Source: Candidatus Zhuqueibacterota bacterium
GTDB lineage: Bacteria; Zhuqueibacterota; Zhuqueibacteria; Thermofontimicrobiales; Thermofontimicrobiaceae
DNA: 35,071 bases
Assembly (NCBI GenBank): GCA_049322915.1
Contig: JBMOPW010000036.1
Span: 195,719-230,789 of the forward strand
Direction of reading: 5' to 3'
A model generated the notes under the pieces. The model saw only the letters and a program-made list of their open reading frames with translations. It searched no databases and was not told the DNA's origin. Positions 29,701-35,071 of this stretch are shown here, one piece after another; positions within the stretch are counted from its first letter, which is position 1, and each line of letters starts with the position of its first letter. A program made the position numbers and the translations under genes.

Positions 29701-32455
29701 AAGCGCTTCGCACTGAAATCAGGCTGCTAAAATAATCGCCCTCAGAAAATTGTGATTTTGCCTGAACAAGCAGTGGATCGTTGGCTGTTAAAATTGATTC
29801 TGCAAGTTTAATCATATATTCTGGATTGAGCGACGCCACAAACTCGTCAGAAGTTAGGACGATACCTCCTGAATCCTCAAATGCATTTGTAAATCGGCTT
29901 GGCGCTTCAGTTTGAAAATCCATATCATCTGGATCGATAATAAGGCCAATCAATATGCTTGCAAAGACTGGCAATATGGGACCTTGATTGCGGGAACTGT
30001 GAATATAATCAATATATAAATCAGAACCTGCCTGATAATAATCGAGTCTGAATTCAATATCTTTTGTAAACTCGTTCAATGTAAAATTAAGAGTAAAATC
30101 CTGATATTTACCTGGTTCACTAAATTCGGCTGGAGTGAGAAACTGATGTGCTATATTTTGCCAATTAACTGAATTTTGTCCAACATATATTTGAGCAAAT
30201 ATCTCTGAACTTTCATTTTGACTAACTTTCATGCGAAACGTTACTGCATAGTCTCCGGGCGGTAAACTTATCGCATTTGAATTCGCTGCAAGGCAACAGG
30301 ATGCTTTGTTCATTGGAATAAAAAGGGTTTGCCCGTTATAAGCCAAATCATCCTGAATGATAAACGTTTCCGGGTCAGTGACTTGAGTAAAATTTATAAA
30401 TTCTTCGCCAGGTTTTCGTGATAAAATATCATTTACAATTGCCTCCACATTTTTCCCCCGAATTGTATAAGAAGGCCAAACGGTTGGCGCAGGCGCTCCA
30501 AAATAATCAAAGCCAAATCCTCGGTTGGAGCCGCCATAACCATAAATATTTCCAAGGTATCCAACGTCTTTTAAACGAGTATAATATTGATTTGCTATTT
30601 CAGACGTCATATCGCCTAATCGCCCATCAATTCGAACTGTTCGCAAACCTGTTTTTTGTAGATATCGAGAAGTATAATCCAGATAATTCTGAAGCTCAGA
30701 ATCATCCATTAGCTGAGGATAGGCATACCCTGCGCCCGAGAGACCTGTTAAAAAACAGGATGCTTCCTGAGGCTGTGAGTCTATATAATAATTCCAAATT
30801 ACAGGAGCAAGTTCAGCTAAAACTGGATTAATTGTCCAGCCAAATTTTTGATGATTAACATTTTCCCATCCAAAAAAATTGTAGAATCCTCTTTGCATTA
30901 AATAGTTCAATGCATCGCCATCTGTACAAAACAAAGTTGCCACAGGGCGATTGCCAAGCGTTGAAAGTATTTTTTCATTATTGAGCCCATTTTGATAACG
31001 TTTTATTTCTGGTCTCACTGCGGAAAAAACTGTTAAACTGGTTGCCCGAATATTTTCCCCCGGCCATGTAAACGCGGCGTTAAAGTTGCCATATTCCGAG
31101 AATAATGCCGTGGAACTCTCTTCCCTGAGAGCAAAGCCGCCTGTTACCGGAATTGGCGAAGGCGCCTCGCTTAAAAACGTTTTTAATAATTTTGCCTGTG
31201 GATTATTTTCAGGATCAAGATAAATAGCTGGCAATTTCAACGCAATTATATAATCGCGGCTTGCAATCTCAAGAGGCCAGTAATAAACGCTGTTTTCAAC
31301 AATTCTTGAAGTTGGAGGTCCCGGACTTAAAAAGCCAATCATCCGATGCTCCAATCGCTGCCAGAGAAAATCGTAAACCCATTGATAAATTTCGGTTTGA
31401 CTTTCAATTGAAGCGTCCCAGTTAAATTGTTGCACAAGTTCTCTTATATCATAAACAGATTCAAATTTCGGCATACCAGGCAAATCCAATTGTTGTGGTG
31501 CGAGGATCATCCTGTTTTCCAAACCTGCGATCATAGTGGCAATGTTCATTGTTTCCGGGACTTCCGGATCGTAAATCACCGCTCCATCAAATCTATTCGA
31601 ATATCTGCGCATCAAAAAATTAACTACGCTCAATCCATCCATTTCAAATGGAATAACTTCTATATGTTCGCCAATTTTTTCTTGCCAGAAGGCATGATGT
31701 CCATCAATTTCGCTCCAATCAAGATAAATTTTCGGTTGATTGCGGTTGATAATTCCCTGCATACCCACAATAGTAAGCTCCATCATAGCATCATGTGAGT
31801 CGCTTATTCGCCAATCATTAACCCTTATTTCAGGGTGGTCAATTGAAAATGCATCGTTTAATTGAAATGCAAAAACCTGATGCGTTTCCGGAAATTGTGG
31901 AAAATATTGCCCATCAATCCATACAGGTTCAGTCGTTGGTTTTGATTCAGGAATCGCTTCTCCAACAGGAACATAGCCCTGATGCCAATATTTATCAACC
32001 CGCAGTGCGGCGGACAATTCCCCATCTATTTTCACATTCATCCAAAGATTATCTTTTACCGACTTAATACCAAGCAATATTCCTTCGGTCCCGTAAGGCG
32101 TCATAAGCTGGATTTCAGCTTTCTTTTGAGAACCTCCTGACCATTGAAATGAACCGATTTCCTGATCAACCTCATTTTGAAACCATCCTCCACGCTGCAA
32201 GCTGTTCGTCTCGTCTAAGCCAAATATAAATTCCCCCAGCGAATGACCGATGGCGTCTATAAACGTAATTGAATGAAAAGCAACCGCAAGTTCTCTGCTT
32301 TCGCCTGTAGGCTTTACAGTTGCACTAAATTCAAAAACAATTTGTGTTTCGGGAATTCCGTTAATAGAATGCTTTTCTCCTGAGAGGATTATCTGAGTAG
32401 AAGTACACAAGAAAAGACAAAGTAAAAATAGCGATCTTTTTGTATTCATATTCAT
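26798..32455 (-). CDS. 1885-aa secreted protein: GxGYxYP putative glycoside hydrolase, cohesin-like domain, two YCF48/BNR beta-propellers, BACON, T9SS/FlgD-type CTD
   Basis: Signal peptide. QGIINR.QP.IY, GAVIYDP, TDGD, GWTINP.L.ELAP and SGAGYAYP are GxGYxYP-family motifs. LGSFQFDLEYN...GSGVLATVVF is cohesin. Many T.DGG.TW Asp-boxes. IANSGYNSLNW...WITSISP is BACON. QNYPNPFNPKT...STGIYFYR is the CTD. Confidence 0.9.
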   Translation of the reverse strand: MNMNTKRSLFLLCLFLCTSTQIILSGEKHSINGIPETQIVFEFSATVKPTGESRELAVAFHSITFIDAIGHSLGEFIFGLDETNSLQRGGWFQNEVDQEIGSFQWSGGSQKKAEIQLMTPYGTEGILLGIKSVKDNLWMNVKIDGELSAALRVDKYWHQGYVPVGEAIPESKPTTEPVWIDGQYFPQFPETHQVFAFQLNDAFSIDHPEIRVNDWRISDSHDAMMELTIVGMQGIINRNQPKIYLDWSEIDGHHAFWQEKIGEHIEVIPFEMDGLSVVNFLMRRYSNRFDGAVIYDPEVPETMNIATMIAGLENRMILAPQQLDLPGMPKFESVYDIRELVQQFNWDASIESQTEIYQWVYDFLWQRLEHRMIGFLSPGPPTSRIVENSVYYWPLEIASRDYIIALKLPAIYLDPENNPQAKLLKTFLSEAPSPIPVTGGFALREESSTALFSEYGNFNAAFTWPGENIRATSLTVFSAVRPEIKRYQNGLNNEKILSTLGNRPVATLFCTDGDALNYLMQRGFYNFFGWENVNHQKFGWTINPVLAELAPVIWNYYIDSQPQEASCFLTGLSGAGYAYPQLMDDSELQNYLDYTSRYLQKTGLRTVRIDGRLGDMTSEIANQYYTRLKDVGYLGNIYGYGGSNRGFGFDYFGAPAPTVWPSYTIRGKNVEAIVNDILSRKPGEEFINFTQVTDPETFIIQDDLAYNGQTLFIPMNKASCCLAANSNAISLPPGDYAVTFRMKVSQNESSEIFAQIYVGQNSVNWQNIAHQFLTPAEFSEPGKYQDFTLNFTLNEFTKDIEFRLDYYQAGSDLYIDYIHSSRNQGPILPVFASILIGLIIDPDDMDFQTEAPSRFTNAFEDSGGIVLTSDEFVASLNPEYMIKLAESILTANDPLLVQAKSQFSEGDYFSSLISVRSALKPHFSDEVSISIEPNNSTITINEPCSVDVVIEDASHLGSFQFDLEYNTDIVHVDTVLIGPFLGSTGRAVSIIEPTIDNINPTGRLSFGATSSNVNDGPSGSGVLATVVFQPQHAGETIIAPKNINIGDVQNQSLRVASTNSGTIRVSASTEVWLSQYSGTSNNLYSLDAVDEQTVWIAGGENVVLRTIDGGATWTNVWGADLLDIDIIEACNSDTAFVAGLTGDWNAGTSIAYIFKTENGGSSWSKVFEQANGWITNITMFNSENGFAIGNAVNGVWTMLKTNDGGQSWMQILNAPNTSSNDEWGSRDGVIWLNESECWFTGTNYNLHHTVDGGDTWELVNPGYGKFFKVLTFNNEGIGFFSDHGQLRRTLDNGRTWNQVTLPVDGVERHIVYHENIFWLIVDNSVYQTKDNGNNWELKTIAKNSQLYSLSFVENQQGRYGWTVGENGYIAKYRNTVLEPSLKVSAETLDFSLHETEQKFKIANSGYNSLNWSVTLNESWITSISPNSGSNDAEITVTIDRSNLNPGKYSSALHITSNGGDKDVTINATKIADKWKIQSSGWTEPLYDVTAVSEQKAWACGIDGAVLLTIDGGNAWNNVWDGPDSLDILCVEAVSNDTALIAVVTGEWNSPAAISAIYITENSGVSWTKVLEQQRLFINDITMLDSQTGFAFGDPKEGQWQIFKTIDGGISWNLLTNAPLAEDAENGYHHNVCKVDENNIWFSSNKSRIIFTSDKGVNWNIKEVPVLKNISAIALNGSGIGLAASTYEKMAITFDSGTTWELLRAPEAGFIRYIYAQQDTFWALIDHALYSSKDNGDSWELETMTDDGIRNISIVHTDKGTFGWIVGGSGLISYFSRKAPVTQISKDQTIIPKNFNLWQNYPNPFNPKTNIKFDLPQTCYVVLDVFNSAGQCIERVINDSYNAGTHQVSWNAKQYSTGIYFYRIRVKDISQKRVEFADTKKFILLK

Positions 32456-32474
32456 TCCCCATTTATATATTTAA

Positions 32475-32541
32475 ACATAACGGTTGCTGATAACCGGTTT
32501 GGCGAGTTTTTTGCCCAATCCGGTTGATTAGCGGGCTATGC
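32475..32541 (-). other. attC site (degenerate R'') of the methyltransferase cassette
   Basis: GCATAGC cc gctaatcaaccggattgggc...gccaaaccggttatcagc aacc GTTATGT. R'' overlaps the TAG stop and has AGC instead of AAC. Confidence 0.7.
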
Positions 32542-33270
32542 CTTTTTTCCAAAATAGATATATGAATTTAAACTATAAAAATACTCACCCGTTTCTTTTA
32601 GATTTGCCATCTCATCAAGGATTATCTTGTATTCGTCTTTATCTAATTTTTCTTTTACCACTAAACTATATAAATCTTTTAAGCGATCATATCCATATTG
32701 GCCTTCTGAATAATCAGTTTCAAGTAAAGAAAAAATGTCCATTTGCCCATTAAATAATCCACTACCTTGAAATATACCCCAAAGCTTCCTACCCATTTGA
32801 CCATCGCTGGCATCCATCCAATCTTGTTGCCAGTCAGAAAAGGCTGCTACGAACTTACGAATCAAATTCTTGTATTCAGAATTATAAACCTGAGTATCCC
32901 AATCCCAATGTGCAAATAAAATTTGACCTTCTTTTTTAAGTATCCTATGGAGCTCATTGATTAATGCGGGTTTATTTTGAATACATTCGAGAGTATCAAC
33001 AGAAATTATGACGTCGAATGATTCATTGGGAAAATTGAAAAAATCATTAAATTTATTATAAATAAATTCTATGCCTGAATAACTTCTTCTTACCTTCTCA
33101 ATTGTTTTTTCATCTGAGTCTATTCCAACTAATTTGGAATCACTACTTACATTGTTTTTTATATCTTTAAGCAGTAATCCTGATCCACAACCGAAATCAA
33201 GAATTTCGTACGCCTTATCAGGTTCGAGACCAAGTAGATCAATTACTTTTTGATTAAGTTGTTTTTTCAT
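32536..33270 (-). CDS. Class I SAM-dependent methyltransferase (gene cassette)
   Basis: ILDFGCGSG, VGID, SFDVIIS, ELHRILKKEG. Start moved to ATG 33270 because the longer ORF runs through an attC. Confidence 0.9.
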   Translation of the reverse strand: MKKQLNQKVIDLLGLEPDKAYEILDFGCGSGLLLKDIKNNVSSDSKLVGIDSDEKTIEKVRRSYSGIEFIYNKFNDFFNFPNESFDVIISVDTLECIQNKPALINELHRILKKEGQILFAHWDWDTQVYNSEYKNLIRKFVAAFSDWQQDWMDASDGQMGRKLWGIFQGSGLFNGQMDIFSLLETDYSEGQYGYDRLKDLYSLVVKEKLDKDEYKIILDEMANLKETGEYFYSLNSYIYFGKKA

Positions 33271-33281
33271 GTCTATTCTTT

Positions 33282-33407
33282 GGGCAACGTGAAAATCAGC
33301 CGCCAAACCGCTTGCAAAAAAACTCATATAATGCACATACTTTCAAAATTCCCACCAAAATAGAATTGAAGCACGGCGGTTTGGTCGGCTACATTTTTTT
33401 GTTATGC
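33282..33407 (-). other. attC site of the NTF2-like cassette
   Basis: GCATAAC...tgtagccgaccaaaccgc...gcggtttggcggctga ttttcac GTTGCCC. Confidence 0.85.
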
Positions 33408-33436
33408 CTACATTTTGATTGATTTGCTTTTTCAAT

Positions 33437-33937
33437 CTACTCATTTTTTGGAGCAAAATACTCCCATCGACTAATATGCCCCATAAATATTACTTTCCAT
33501 TCGCCGTCCACTTTTTCAAGAACTCGAAGTTGTTTCGAAGGTTTAAAATCTGGGTTTTGTTCTGGGTCAATACCCCACCACTGATCATACGTAACCCATG
33601 CCCCCGTGCCATAATTACGAATGATAAAGTTTTTACGGATGATTTTAGTGTCCGATGGCTTAGGGTCGCCCTTAATATATTTCCTAATAGAATCCTGCAG
33701 GGCCTGCCAACCGATAATTTCTGTAAGAGAGTTTTTATCAACGCCAAGTAATTGTGAATAAGGTGCATGTACATAAGTCGAAGTCCATGCTGTAAAATCA
33801 TTATCCAAAAACGCCTGCGTCTCTTTTTCAATTGCTTCCTTGATTTTTTGTTCTTCGACTGCGGGATCAGGTTTTTGACAATTGTTAAAAATCAAAAGCG
33901 TAAATAGAAAAATGAGACAAATTTGAATGAATCGCAT
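33437..33937 (-). CDS. NTF2/SnoaL-like lipoprotein (gene cassette)
   Basis: Lipoprotein-type signal (...IFNNC), EEQKIKEAIEKETQAF...GW...AWVTYDQ...RVLEKVDGEWKV; RBS aggagg. Confidence 0.8.
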   Translation of the reverse strand: MRFIQICLIFLFTLLIFNNCQKPDPAVEEQKIKEAIEKETQAFLDNDFTAWTSTYVHAPYSQLLGVDKNSLTEIIGWQALQDSIRKYIKGDPKPSDTKIIRKNFIIRNYGTGAWVTYDQWWGIDPEQNPDFKPSKQLRVLEKVDGEWKVIFMGHISRWEYFAPKNE

Positions 33938-33979
33938 GACAACCTCCTAATTTAAATTTGAGAGTTTTATATTTACGGG

Positions 33980-34828
33980 GTCGGGTAGCCAAGAGCTGTT
34001 ACCAGCTCTCAGCCCCCTAAGAACCGTACGTGACAGTTTCCCGTCATACGGCTCAAGCCTCTGAAAAGTATCCCTTGTGGGGATACCCACGAATTAATAA
34101 TAATTTGTTTCACGTTACTTTCTGATATTCAGAATAGCCATAAGGTATGTAGAGTGCACCATTCGCCAAACGGCGAACGTTATTTGCTTTTTCTACTTTC
34201 ATCTGATTATACCAGTATTCACGAGACCAGAGACCTGCTGAACGTCTGCCTCTTTGCAGAGTCCCGATTCATCGGGATATCCCGACCGTTACAGCCGGAC
34301 ATTCGCTTCTTTCAGCATCCTATTCCAATCCACCATCAGCTTGCCTTACGGTTAGCCTGCCCATCATAACAGGGCGATGGAATTGGGTTTCCACGTTCCG
34401 TACAATTGACCACAATGAGCAACTTAGGTGGATTCTCTACGCCGGCGATACGACAGTTCCGTATAGGTAGTTAGAAGACCTATAACCTGATCGCCTGTGT
34501 AAACACAAGGAAACACAGCTTAGACCTGACCCGCAGTTATTCTTGCTGGAATAATCTCCGTAGGTCAGATGCACGCATGACGACGCTTACGAACCTTTGA
34601 TTATTCTCACCATATTACTCAGACCTTAGCCCTTAACCAGAGGAGATTTCCGGATGGGTTTCCATCTCACGACTTCCACCCGTTTCGGTACATTGTCCGG
34701 TGAGCTTCACACCCCGTCACCTGCGCAACGGCAGCATGTCACCGTAAGGTACTGATAGGAACATATCAGGTTTGTCCAAAGAACATAATCCTTTAACAAA
34801 CATTCAATTATACAGCTTCGTGTCGCAC
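33980..34828 (-). mobile_element. ORF-less group IIB (CL1-like) intron, 849 nt, inserted in an attC R' core
   Basis: 5' end GTGCGACACGAAG; intact DV GAGCCGTATGACGGGAAACTGTCACGTACGGTTC; DVI ending CTACCCGAC; no RT ORF; flanks GTTATA|CCCG. Confidence 0.92.
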
Positions 34829-34948
34829 TATAACGTGAAAATCAGCCGCCAAACCGCTTGCAAAAAAACTCATATAATGCACATACTTTCAAAATTCCCA
34901 CCAAAATAGAATTGAAGCACGGCGGTTTGGTCGGCTACATTTTTTTGT
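34829..34948 (-). other. attC site, identical over 117 bp to 33286-33402, interrupted at both ends by introns
   Basis: 34832-34948 = 33286-33402. R' reads GTTATA| then the IIB intron. The bottom strand reads TTGT| then the IIC intron. Confidence 0.85.
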
Positions 34949-35071
34949 GTGTGCCTGGCATGGCGCGTGTATGTTTAATTTAACTGAATATACACAAATT
35001 ATCCAGAGGGTGCAAGTCCCTTATGGGCGAGTTGGCGAAGCCCATCAGTAAGCCGCAAGGGTGTTCCGGGT
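34949..35071 (+). mobile_element. Group IIC-attC intron, 5' end (runs off the window)
   Basis: GTGTGCCTGGCATGGCGC...agagggtgcaagtccc...agtaagccgcaagggtg begins exactly after TTGT, where the sister attC continues TTGT/TATGC. Confidence 0.88.

Noticed and set aside
34600..34612. gtgagaa (minus strand) as EBS2 pairing with ttttcac
   Set aside because: It lies in the GGTGA(G/A)A context expected for the conserved kappa/zeta region and is far from EBS1; it cannot be assigned without a structural alignment.

Overview
Bacterial window, probably from an FCB-related lineage such as candidate division KSB1 (inferred from three large secreted proteins ending in QNYPNPFNPxT FlgD/T9SS-type C-terminal domains). 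The left ~21 kb is chromosomal backbone: two multidomain secreted proteins (malectin/BACON/beta-helix; CotH kinase/lamin-tail), a URO-D family protein, ComB, a RelE/HTH TA pair, an IS3 remnant, a C-GCAxxG-C-C protein, an AT-rich lipoprotein/DUF4249/TonB-receptor block, GH57-DUF3536 and an SbcD-like nuclease. The right ~13.5 kb (21.9-35.07 kb) is an integron gene-cassette array on the minus strand, with no integrase in the window. It holds at least 8 cassettes with recognisable attC sites or attC halves: an NTF2/SnoaL-like lipoprotein, a methyltransferase, a 5.8-kb cassette encoding an 1885-aa secreted GxGYxYP/cohesin/beta-propeller protein, and five consecutive TA cassettes. Three different parasites sit at attC sites. 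(i) Known-type IIC-attC group II introns occur twice. (ii) An ORF-less group IIB intron lies in the R' core, and its predicted EBS1 loop is complementary to GTTAGR. (iii) An inverted-repeat-bounded tyrosine-recombinase element occurs three times, exactly at the G|TT crossover; this is the best candidate for an undescribed system. Also notable are 16-bp TCCCG-N6-CGGGA palindromes that appear to overwrite critical parts of mobile elements.
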